From NCBI GenBank assembly GCA_951406725.2, contig OX597832.1, positions 17,174,001-17,238,000 on the forward strand: a stretch of DNA of 64,000 nucleotides. Direction: 5' to 3'. The position numbers and the translations under genes were made by a program. The stretch's first letter is position 1. Each line of letters begins with the position of its first letter. The notes beneath the pieces were generated by a model that was not told the origin of the DNA, made no database searches, and saw nothing but the letters and a program-made list of their open reading frames with translations. Origin of the DNA: Octopus vulgaris. Lineage: Eukaryota. Of this stretch, positions 52,451 to 64,000 are shown piece by piece.

Positions 52451-54413
52451 CATTGTGGCTGCTGTAGTATTACTGTTGTTATTCCTTTGATTAGGACTTA
52501 TTGTATGTTTTTTTTTTCTTTGTCATATATATATATTTTTTCTTCAATTTTTATTTTTATTTACCCCCGCCAACACACACACACCACCCTCCTGCCACCC
52601 TTCTTCTTCCTCTAAAACTGTTCCATTTCTTGCTGTTGTTGTTTCTGCTGTTGTTGTCTCTTCAGTATGTACCTTGCACAAGTTTCTCAATGTTTACTTC
52701 ACAAAGGAATCTCCAATCACATTTCATTCACTACTTTGACAGTTGCTTTTGTTGTCTGCTGTTGTGTGTGTATGTGAGTGTTGGTTTGTCTGTGTGTATG
52801 TGTGCATGTGTATATATATATATGTATGTGCACACACAGATATATATATACACACACACTCCCACACAAACACATATATACATATTTGTATATATATATA
52901 TATATATATATGCGTGTGTGTGTGTGGTGTATGTGTGCAAATGTGTACACACATGCATATATATGTATATATATGTTTATATGCTCACATACACACATAT
53001 AGGCACATATATATGTGTGTGGGTGTCTGTCTGTGTGTGTATGTATGTATATACATATGTTTATACACATATATACATATGCATGCCTCCATGTAAAAAC
53101 ATACATGCATGCATGTTTATATATGCACATACATGTGTTTGTATATGCATATATGTGTGTGTGTGTATATATATCTACATACATGAATATATATAAACAT
53201 ATATATGTGTGTGTGTATGTATATGTATATATTATTTTAGAAAATGCATGTTTACTATGGACGTCCAGTAAGACATGCACAAACTGGCCTGAGTTAACCG
53301 TGGCATACCTACACAAATGTGCCTCAGAAAATTTCTTTCTTCATAACTTTCTGAAAAATAGATATTTTTTTTATGGAATTTTCTACAAATACACCTCAGC
53401 TCATGTAGATTCTGATTATTCCAAAATATTTTGTGAATAAAATTTTTGTGCCAAAAGATGCCTTCTGTATGTATGTCTGCTGCTATCCCACCAATTTTTA
53501 TTTCCATACTAATTTCCATCTTAATCGTAATCTACTCACTCTGAAAGGTGTTGGTAGAAATTTTCATTTAAAAATACCTTTCTTTTCCAAAAGTTATAAG
53601 AAACTAAACAGACTTGTGTAAATTTTCTGGAACTCCTCATCCACTGAAAACATATTTTCGCAACAAATTCAAATATAATGGAAAGTATACCTTCTGAATT
53701 ATATTTGTAGAAAATTTCATTTAAATTACCATTTTTTCTGGTCGTTATGGGGAAACCAAGTTGGTTGGCTGTGTGATAAGAAGCTTGCTTCCCAACTGCA
53801 TGGTACCAGGTTCAGTCCCTCTGCATGGCACCTTGGGCAAGTATCTTCAACTATAAGCCTTGGGCTGAGACCAAAACCTTGTGAATGGATTTGGTATATG
53901 GAAACTGAAAGAAACCCATTTTGTGTGTTTGTGTTTGTGTATATGTTTATGTGTCTGTGTTTGTCCTCCCCACCACCATCGCTTGACACAATGTTGGTGT
54001 GTTTACGTCCCCATAATGTAATAGTTCGGCAAAAGAGACCGACAGAATAAGTACTAAGCTTACAAAGAATAAGTCCTGGAGTCAATTCGGTCAACTAGAG
54101 GCAGTGCTCCAGTATGTCCACAGTCAAATGACTGAATCAACCAAAAGAATAAAAGAATAAAAAAGTGCATATTTCTGTATGCATATCTGTTGCTTTCACC
54201 CTTTAGTAAGTAAGCATTTATGTGGGACATATACCAAGATAAACAATGCCATATATATATTATGCAAAAAATTCTTATATACACATGCTGACATAGAACC
54301 AATGTTGAACTCTTTATTCGCAATATTACCGAATCTGGAACTTAACTATGGTCTGTCTATAGCACTTATTCAACATTACCTGACACCTTTAGGTCTCAAT
54401 GACACCATTATCT

Positions 54414-54464
<51 letters not shown>

Positions 54465-54959
54465 GTATGTATGTGCAAAATGGTATGATTCTAATATTTT
54501 GAGCCTGCTGGCCTCATCTCAAGGCCCTGTTTTTTCCTCTTCCCTTCTTTTATTTTATGTATTTGTATTCGGTCTGATGAAGCTCCATGTACTAGCTCTC
54601 GAATGTGCTATAAAGTTGATGACTATGAATTTTGGAATTTTCTTTGTAGGCACCGACTGACATTGGCAGCCAAAATGGCCATAAGTAATGTTAAGTTTTG
54701 TATTAAAAAATAATTAACCGATGTTGGTCATTTTCTTTGTTGATGAAAAGTTTTCTCCATTCTTCGCTTATTTTAATTTTGATTCTTGATAAACTCTTAT
54801 TTATTTTGTTATTACCTGTAACCTATAAGCATAGTGTGCTTGCATACCCATGCCCAGGGTTAACATAGGTAATTGATACTGGTAGTATGGATATTCTTAT
54901 CCCTTAGATGGTTATTCCAACTGCTAACTCTACTTACTTTCTATATATATATATATAAT

Positions 54960-55012
<53 letters not shown>

Positions 55013-55592
55013 ATGTATTTATATATATGCAATGAAAAGGAGAAGATAAGGAAAATTCTTTAACACATCTTTAATTATTGACTCTTCACCAAACCCATTT
55101 TATGGTATAATCATCATGAAGCTTGTATTTTCTACACCTGAAGAATTCCAGCTTTGTCCGGAAACCCAGCAGTGTTGATAGCCCAGTATTTGGGTCAAGT
55201 GTTTCCCTGGAAATATCCTAACTCTACACGTCACCTGACTTTAGGTCGTTACCAGTGCTGCTGGACTGGCTCCTGTGCAGATGACACGTAAAAAACACCA
55301 TTTGAGTGTGGCTGTTGCCAATACTGCCTGACTGGCCCTCGTGCCAGTGACACATAAAAGCACCCACTACACTCAGAGTGGTTGGCATTAGGAAGGGCAT
55401 CCAGCTGTAGAAACTCTGCCAGATCAGATTGGAGCCTGATGCAGCCATCTGGTTTGCCAGTCCTCAGTCAAATCATCCAACCCATGCTAGCATGGAGAAC
55501 GGACGTTAAACGGTGATGATGATGATGATGATGATATATATGCATACATACATATATGCATTGAAAGACAAACACAAAGTTTGATATATATC

Positions 55593-55632
<40 letters not shown>

Positions 55633-56004
55633 CAAATGCAAGCTCACTGTCACAGTTTGGTACAAGCATGTAAACAGCCTCTTAGAAATGCGTTATACAC
55701 AAACCTATGTCTGCATATTTTGTAATGTATAGAAAATATCTTCACTCCCAGACACATCTATATACAAAAAAGGTGTAAGTATGGTGCCTGTGGCAAGAGC
55801 CATATGTATACATATACCACATGTATACATATACATGAATATAGCCCCACATAAAAAAGTATATATATACATACATATGCATGATTGTTAATGTGTATAC
55901 AAGTGTACTTGTATATTTGCACAAATACATTCAATGTCCCATAAGTAAAGCAGTATTTAAGCACTTTTTATGTTTGACTATTTGATACAAATTATGAGAC
56001 ATAT

Positions 56005-56066
<62 letters not shown>

Positions 56067-56601
56067 AGCGAGGCAGAGGTATGTAGAATGTTTATGAGTT
56101 ATGTAATGTGCCGTTTTGTCTGCTGAGTGTGTGTGTGCACATGTGAGTGTGTGTGTGAGTAAATAGCAAGATATGCTGTATGTGCGTTTATGTTGCGGAT
56201 GTGTTTACGTGTGAATGCGTCTGGCGAATTTGGTACACGTACGTACGCATGTTACATATACGCATGTATATCATGAATATATGTCTGGGATGTGGGGTGT
56301 GCGGTGGCAGTGATGGTGGTGGTGTTGGTGGCGATGGCAGCGGGGCACTGGCGTTGACGATGGTGATCGTTTGGTGGTGGAGGTGGTGGTGGTGGTGGTT
56401 GTGGTTGTAGTGGTGGTATATGTATTTAACAAGAATGCGTATGCAGTCTGTAAATATAAAGCAGTAAAGTGTGTATGTGTATGTGCTTGCTTTTGTGTAC
56501 ATGTGTGTATTATGAATATCTCTGAGTTAAGTGTCAATATTCATCCGTTCATGTGTATGTATGACTTTATGTGTGTGTGTGTATATATATATGTATATAC
56601 A

Positions 56602-56640
<39 letters not shown>

Positions 56641-56668
56641 CTATTTAATAAATACATATAGAACTATA

Positions 56669-56736
<68 letters not shown>

Positions 56737-56762
56737 AACATATATATCTATACATACATATA

Positions 56763-56794
<32 letters not shown>

Positions 56795-57122
56795 GCCTCT
56801 ATGTATACGTGCATGTGTGTGTATGAAGTCGGTACAGTGCGCGTATATCTACGTATGCAACGCTGTCTGCCGGTGCAAACATCCTTCGCACCACCACCGC
56901 TACCACCAACATCACAGCTACCACCACCATCACCACTATCACCATCGCCACTACCGCCACCACCATTGTTGCCAATTAGCAACAGTGAAGGAATGGTGCC
57001 ACATGGGATGTGCTGCCTGAAATGCACACATACACCTGCCAATCATCTTTTCCTGTTGGTCGGTGCTTGCACTGTGCATCACCTGTCTTTTCCTTTTGTT
57101 GTTCTTCATAATGGCAGCGTTG

Positions 57123-57162
<40 letters not shown>

Positions 57163-57179
57163 CATTATTATTATTATTA

Positions 57180-57211
<32 letters not shown>

Positions 57212-58092
57212 GTTGTTGTTATTGTTCATGTTTGTCAGTGGCGATGTTTTCTTTTTTTTTTTGTTTTTGCGTTATCTTTTTTCTTCTGGATGTTGGTCTT
57301 GTTCATGTTGTTGATGTTCTCGTTGCTGTTGTTGTTGTTGTTGTTGTTGTTGCTGTTTTTCTTTTCTTGTTTATGTCGTAATTTTGTTTTTTTTTCTTTT
57401 TTTACAAAATGTTGAATAAAACAAATGTTCTTATTTGCATCAGGCCGTGGTGTGGTGGTGGGGGGGAGGTGGTGGCGTGTTGCAGTGGGTGTGTGGGCAG
57501 AGGGCTGGGGCAGTGGTGTATCTGTATATGTATGTATATGTGTACATACATATGTGTGTATGTGTACATATCTATGTGTGTGTGCATATCTGTGTTTTTG
57601 TGTGTGTGTTTGTGCTTGTGTATCTGTGTGTGCATGTGCGTGTGATATCTATAGTTTTAGTGTCTGTGTATACATATATTTTGTTATGTAGTGTATATAT
57701 GACATTTTATACATACATGCAAACAATATTCATGCATATTTCATGCTCATACGCTACAGCTATTCACACATATACACATATATCTATTGGAATAGAATAC
57801 ATGGTATAGGTATGTAATTAATAAATATATAAGTACGTGTATATCAACATCATCATCATCATCATCATCATCATTTAGCGTCCGCTTTCCATGCTAGCAT
57901 ATGTTGGACGGTTCAACTGGGGTCTGGGAAGCCAGAAGGCTGCACCAGGCCCAGTCTGATCTGGCAATGTTTCTACGGCTGGATGCCCTTCCTAAAGCCA
58001 ACCACTCCATGAGTGTAGTGGGTGCTTTTTATGTGCCAGATGAGGCTGGCAAACGGCCACGATTGGATGGTGCTTTTTACGTGCCACCGGCA

Positions 58093-58132
<40 letters not shown>

Positions 58133-58169
58133 ATATATATAATGTATATATATATATATGTATATATTT

Positions 58170-58231
<62 letters not shown>

Positions 58232-58659
58232 ATATATATACACACACTCATATTCACACCCACACATTCGCATAAATACACACGCACACATGCTTAAACA
58301 CATACACACTCACACATACACACACACACTAGTATCTAATGAGCTTAAATTCAAATATGCTTTCGCTTGTAAAGTCATGCATACAATCAAAAACACATAT
58401 ATCTATCTCTTTCCGTCTACCTCATATTCACACCGACATCATCATCATCAACATTTAACATCTGTTTTCCATGCTGGTATGAGTTGGATGGCTTGACAGA
58501 AACTGGTATGATCAGGGGCCATACCGGGGTCCAGTAAAAAAGTAAAACCTGTTGTCCTTTCCTCATTACAGACTGTAGCCTTGTTCTTCCTAAAAAAAAC
58601 ACTCAACACCCTACGTAGGTTTCTTATTTTGGTAATGTTGTTTCTTTTTGTTCTTTCAG

Positions 58660-58905
58660 TTACTTCAAGCCTTCGAAAACTACAAAAACCAGAGCACAGG
58701 ACAGCTATCTGCTATTACTATATTCCTGTTGTTTGCTGGGGCTTTAGCTAGGATCTTCACATCAATGCAGGAAACCGGTGACAGTCTGTTAATGACAACA
58801 TTTATTGTGTCCGCCTCTCTCAACGGTCTGATAGCATTCCAGTTGCTTTATTACTGGAATTCTACAAACGCCATCAACGCAAAATCAAAGCCGAAGACTT
58901 CCTAA
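58660..58905 (+). CDS. MPDU1: MPDU1 last coding exon ([41 protein letters not shown]...YYWN...KSKPKTS*)
   Basis: TTCTTTCAG acceptor, phase 0; diagnostic [25 protein letters not shown] motif; stop TAA ends at 58905. Joined CDS 747 nt = 248 aa. Confidence 0.97.
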   Translation, partial: LLQAFENYKNQSTGQLSAITIFLLFAGALARIFTSMQETGDSLLMTTFIVSASLNGLIAFQLLYYWNSTNAINAKSKPKTS

Positions 58906-59294
58906 GGATTCAGAAAGAATTATGACTAATAATAATTATAATAATAATAATAATAATAATAACAATAATAATAATAATAACAACAACAGCAATAACAATG
59001 ATTATGGTTTCAAGTTTTGGCACAAGGCCTGCAAGTTTTGCGTAGGGAGTAAATTGTTTACATCAACCCCAGCGCTCATCTTATTTTATTGAACCAGACA
59101 CAACAGATCATTACTATTATTATAAAAGAAATGACGTACATTTGCCATTTAAATATGGCTAACCCCTAAGGGTGGATGCTACTGTAGTTTGTAGCCCCAG
59201 GAGGACACCTCCTCCAGCTGGCCATAGACACACTTTATGTGCCCTATCAGTGTTTGCAAAGGGAAGCCATCCTTCCCGTCTTCAACTTATGATA

Positions 59295-59339
59295 CACACG
59301 GACTCGAGTTTCTGGGTATTGACCCGTCATCGGCGTGTG
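59295..59339 (-). ncRNA. Minimal type I hammerhead ribozyme motif (Penelope-type), antisense to the probable MPDU1 3' UTR
   Basis: CACACG-CCGATGA-CGGGT-CAAT-ACCCA-GAAA-CTCGAG-TC-CGTGTG: perfect 6-bp helix I, CxGAnGA core, helix II, GAAA, palindromic helix III, GUC cleavage triplet. Confidence 0.8.
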
Positions 59340-60410
59340 ATAATCACAGTTGTCGATGAGAAGTAGGTTCCCTTCACAAACACTGTTTACACTTTTTTTT
59401 TTGTAAAAGAAATCTTATCATTATTAAGAGTGAAAACTGGCAGAATCATTAACGTGCCATGTGAAATGCTTTGTTGCATGTCATCCATCTCTATGTTCTG
59501 AGTTCAAATTTCACCAGGGTTGACTTTTGCCTTTCATCCTTTCAGGTTCATTAAATTAAGTACCAGTTGAGTACTGGGGTTAATCCAATCAACTTGCACC
59601 TTCCTCCAAAGACTGCTGGCCTTGTGCCTATATCTGAAGCCATTATATTATTATAATTATTATTATTATAGTTTGTTTTTAATCAATTAAATTTAATAAA
59701 AAAAGATATAATGTAACAAAATATGATGGTGGTGCTCCAGCATGACTAGAACCCAGTGCTGAGAGCCAGTTACAAAATAACAAATCATTCCATACAGTTG
59801 ATCAGGTTTCAATGTAAAGCAGAATTTGTTTTTACTTCATGTTATTTATTTTTAATTTTTTTTCCTATCCGTTCACAGAATGAGAGGCACATTAGATTAA
59901 AAATATATATCTGAATGTATGAGATGATTGTTAATGAGATTATAATTACTTCACACTGATTAACATCATCTTTAAAGACAAAATGTCCATTTTATTTTAC
60001 AATATTTACATCTATGTCACATTGCCATCGGTTTAATCTTTGATTACACATTTGTTGTTTATGTATTAATATACGCACTGTAAAACTGGATCCCATCATC
60101 TGGGCTTGTCCATAATAGATCTTAGTTTCAATGTGCCTCTGGTACCAAGTAATACATATCTAAGACTATGGCATTTAGCAATAAAATCCGCAATGACCAC
60201 AGAATCAGCACATTTGAAATATAGTGTAGGTGTAAATATTAACAAAAAAAAATGTTTTATTTCTAAATATAAAGATAATTAATCCGTAAAAAGATAAATA
60301 TAATCATAGACGAATTGTTGTTCTTTGTGGGGGGATTTGTTGTTTCTTAAATTTTTTTTTTTTTTCTGTGTGTGTGTTTCTTTTCTATACTAAATCACTC
60401 CGAATCATTA

Positions 60411-60570
60411 AATAAATGCCAAAAAGAAATATATATATATAAATTATATATTTAAACAAATTTCGAATAAAATAAAAAATAGCAAACATTTCCTTTCCAC
60501 TAGTATTGAATTTTGTTTTTTATATTTTTACTTGTGTTTATTTGTATTATTGTTGTTGTTGTTCTTGTTT
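60411..60570 (+). promoter_or_regulatory. Candidate MPDU1 polyadenylation region
   Basis: AATAAA at 60411, 60466 and 60471 followed by a T/GT-rich tract (~60510-60570). Other AATAAA occur near 59695 and 60179, so the site used is uncertain. Confidence 0.4.
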
Positions 60571-61140
60571 CACTCCTGGACAGCCGAGATCAAGCAGACA
60601 TATGATCGGACATATTACAACTCTACTGTTGTGACCACCTGAAATGACGATGATGATGATGATCATCATCATCACAATTATTATCATTTAATATCGACTT
60701 TTCCATGATTGCTTGAGTTGGAATTATTTTTCTTGGGGCAGATTTTCAATGACCAGATGCCCTTCCTGTCACCAACTCTCGCCTGTTTCTGAGCAAATAT
60801 TATCCAATAGCTAGCCATGTTTTGTTCAGAGAACAGGTAGCAAACAATCTTACTATAAGATGATGATGATGCACACAAACACACCTGCACATGTCAGGCT
60901 TCTTTCAGTTTCCATCTACCAAATCTATTCACAAGGCTTCGCTCAGCCAAGGACAGTGATAGAAGACATATGCTGTGAATGTCATGTAATGGATTTGAAC
61001 CCAACTCTACATCGTTGAGAATAAACTTCTTAACACTGATACTTGCTTCCCAATCAGATCCAAGCTTATATATACCTATATATAAATCTAGATACTTGTC
61101 GTTTCTGATGAACTTCCTCCACACACAAACATACTAACAC

Positions 61141-61745
61141 AGGCAGAGGTGTGGCTGTTTGGTAAGAAGGCAACAAGCTGGCAGAAACATTAGCAAGCTG
61201 GGTGAAATGCTTTGTGGTATTTCGTCCAGCACTGCGTTCTGAGTTCCAATTCTGCTAAGGTTGACTTTGCCCTTCATCTTTTTGGGGTTGATAAATTAAG
61301 TACCAGTTATGCACTGGGGTCAATGTAATCGACTTAATCCCTTTGTCTATCCTTCTTTGTCCCCTCTATGTTTAGCCCCTTGTGGGCAATAAAAAATAAC
61401 AAGCTAGCTTCCCAACCATGGTTCCTGGTTCAGTACCACTGTGTGGCACCTTGGGCATGTGTCTTCTACTATAGCCTCAGGCCAGCCAAAGCCTTGTGGA
61501 TGGGTTTGGTACAGAAATTGAAAGAAGCTCATCGTATGCATACATATGTATATATTTGTGTGTGTGTCTGTTTGTCGTCCCCCCAACACCACCTGACTGG
61601 TGTTGGTGTGTTTGGTTTGGCAAAGAGACCGATAGAATAAGTACTTGGCTTTAGAAAATAAGTCCTGGTGTCAATTTGACTAAAAACCATACAAGGCGGT
61701 GCTCCAGCATGGCCGCACTCAGTTCACTGAAACAAATGAAAAAAA
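61141..61745 (+). mobile_element. SINE A interrupted by a SINE B (~61169-61398)
   Basis: SINE A head breaks after GGTAAGAAG and resumes at CTAGCTTCCCAACC after a complete SINE B. Confidence 0.8.
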
Positions 61746-62075
61746 TGAATACCCAGATTATAATAATGGAAATAAATTCGTCATTCAGCACAGTTTTCCC
61801 ACTAAAAGTCAAACCCAAGGGAGATTAACAATTAAAACGTATCATCCAAGAGTAGCACCCCTTGATTTCTTGTTTCCTTTACAAGACTTTCTTGTAAACT
61901 CCCATGGATTTTCGTCTTTTCATCCAAACTGGAAATGAACGCCATTCCTCCATGTGATTGGCTTGAAAACTTGCTACGGTATTTTCTCAACATGAAACCA
62001 CAGGTAGCCTTAATGCACAAAGAAATTTTATCCACAAATGCGGAGTTAAGCACTTATGCTCATTGTTCAATATTT

Positions 62076-62110
<35 letters not shown>

Positions 62111-62111
62111 A

Positions 62112-62625
62112 TTTAAATATGCAGAAAATGGGGAAAACATTTGATTAGTAAACAAAACTTGACCAACATCGGTTAATTATTTTTTGATACAAAGCATAAT
62201 ATCTCTTACGGCAGTTTCGGCTGCCAATGTCAGTCGGTGCTTACAAAGAAAATTCCGAAAATAGTATTCGTCATTTTATAGTTCATTCAAATGTACCAGA
62301 AAGATGACAGATATTATTTTCGGAATTTTCTTCGTAAGCACGGACTGACATTGGCAGCTGAAACGGCCGTAAGAAATGTTAAGTTTTGTATTAGAAAATA
62401 ATTAACCGATGTTGGTGAAGGTTTGTTTGCTAATCAAAAGTTTTCCCCATTTTCTGTTTATTTAAATTTGATTCCTGATAAACTTTTGTTTATTCTGTTA
62501 TTACGTGTAACATGTGAGCTTGCATACACATGAACAGGAATAACATAGGTAAATGATATCGGTAGCAATAACGGATAATCTTATCCCTTAGACGGTTATT
62601 TCAAGCGTTAACCGTGCTTACCTTA
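62112..62625. mobile_element. Probable Penelope-like terminal repeat with inverted partial duplication (homolog ~54560-54940)
   Basis: ~62112-62285 is the reverse complement of ~62310-62470; bounded by (TA)n; contains GAAACGGCCGTA, a helix III-like palindrome. Confidence 0.6.
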
Positions 62626-62639
62626 TATATATATCATCA

Positions 62640-63300
62640 TATACTGAGAACCTTCTGAACTAGAGAGAAGGAAACCATGGTGTTCCTCTGCAGGACATTC
62701 GTCCTCAGTCGTCTGGACTACAGCTTCCAGCTATGGTCATCCCATAGTATGAAATTAACAGCGGAACTTGAAGCAATCCAGCAAAGCTTCACAAGAAAGA
62801 CTGTCCCATTGCAACACCTCTGCTACTGAGAAAGGCTGAAGCAGCTAAGACTCTAGTACCTGGAGCGAAGGTGGGAGAAGTATGCAGTAATATACATCTG
62901 GAAGGGACTGTGCCAAAATTTTGGCATTGGAAGCTACACAAATGCCAGGACGGATCGTCACTACACAGTGCCAAAGATCCCAGCATTGCGTCGCGCTTCA
63001 GGACCAGTTACCGCAACAGCCTGGGTTTCAGGAGCCCACAGCTTTTTAATATTCTCCCAAACGCCTAAGGGACCTACACAAAGCGGATTTAGGTGTTTTC
63101 ATATCAAAACTGGATCTCTTCCTGACGAGAGTCCCAGATTAACCTGCCTCGCAGCTGGAGGCGCAATGAGTGTAGCGACATCAAATTCCCTTATTCACCA
63201 AAGTGCCATATGTCAGAGGAAGGACTCCAAAATAGCAGTGTAGCAAAACGGCAGTGCCCCAGCATGGCCAAAACTTTGAGCTGAAAATGGTAAAACAATT
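62640..63300 (+). mobile_element. CR1/L2-group LINE 3' fragment, related to 48225-48575
   Basis: FVLSRLDYSFQLWS...ELEAIQQSFTRK and RTSYRNSLGFRSPQLFNILP; frameshifted; tail GTGCCCCAGCATGGCCA...GAGCTGAAA then long (TA)n. Confidence 0.85.
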
Positions 63301-63303
63301 AAG

Positions 63304-63487
<184 letters not shown>

Positions 63488-63535
63488 TCGCCATGATAGA
63501 TCGCTAGCCACTACACATTCTTTATTTTCTCTCCC

Positions 63536-63577
63536 TGTTTCTTTCTGTGGAAGAGCGTGGGGTCGAAACGTAAAAGA
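63536..63577 (+). ncRNA. Degenerate minimal hammerhead-like motif in a (TA)n-flanked repeat (~63490-63675)
   Basis: TCTTT-CTGTGGA-A-GAG(CGTGGG)GTC-GAAA-CG-TA-AAAGA; A6 replaced by U and helix II weak. Confidence 0.4.
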
Positions 63578-63672
63578 CTTTTTCACTTCCCGAGCGTTAT
63601 ACTAATACATCTGTTTGTTGTCTACACTACCTGTCTTCGTCTTTTGTTTTTGGGGGGAATTCTCCCCACCCC

Positions 63673-63744
<72 letters not shown>

Positions 63745-64000
63745 TTTAGATTTAGATGAATTAAGTACTTAAGTTGAGACACCAGGATTTAGTACGATAT
63801 AATCCATACACTTTCAAAGTAAGGTGATTAAAATCAAAATAAGCAACAGGATATCCAGTTGAACAATGCAACTATTACATCAATTTAAATGCAGAGCAAT
63901 CCTCAGCTGCATAAATACATAGAATTAAATTAAATTAAAACAGATGGACATATTGGTATAATTTTACCTAAAACCTCCAAGAAGGTAAGGAGATAGACAA

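Noticed and set aside
52017-53440. Poly-T/V/G and YI/CV/HT-rich ORFs, and similar ones throughout the window
   Set aside because: Di- and trinucleotide microsatellite artefacts.
55130-55180. CTGAAGA...GAAAC hammerhead candidate; also CTGATGA at ~623, ~54574 and ~61086
   Set aside because: Helix II, the downstream GAAA or the UH cleavage site could not be formed convincingly.
62328-62378. GAAACGGCCGTA hammerhead-like half motif (also inverted at ~62203-62250)
   Set aside because: Helix III and cleavage side fit, but the 5' core departs too far from NUGANNA to call a ribozyme.

Overview
Eukaryotic, AT-rich, microsatellite-saturated DNA. The repeat families suggest an octopod cephalopod (Octopus); this is inference from repeat content. 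One protein-coding gene is supported: MPDU1 (mannose-P-dolichol utilization defect 1/Lec35, a PQ-loop ER membrane protein) on the + strand, five coding exons (9540-9636, 32550-32615, 36531-36663, 50478-50682, 58660-58905; 747 nt, 248 aa) over about 49 kb. Most other identifiable sequence is transposon debris: several tRNA-derived SINE families, 3' fragments of CR1/L2-group, RTE and R4/Dong-type LINEs, Penelope-like RT fragments and terminal repeats, two non-autonomous Helitrons, piggyBac- and hAT-type MITEs, a mariner remnant and a tRNA-Gln pseudogene. Nearly all ORFs in the track are microsatellite artefacts. Most interesting: (1) minimal type I hammerhead ribozyme folds, one antisense in the probable MPDU1 3' UTR, with C-G, G-C and U-A versions of the core 3-8 pair; (2) a SINE that appears to insert at one exact site within copies of itself, building concatemers; (3) a SINE/LINE shared 3' tail with a conserved hairpin of variable sequence; (4) long near-perfect intronic hairpins. 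All structures were read by eye; no search or folding program was run.
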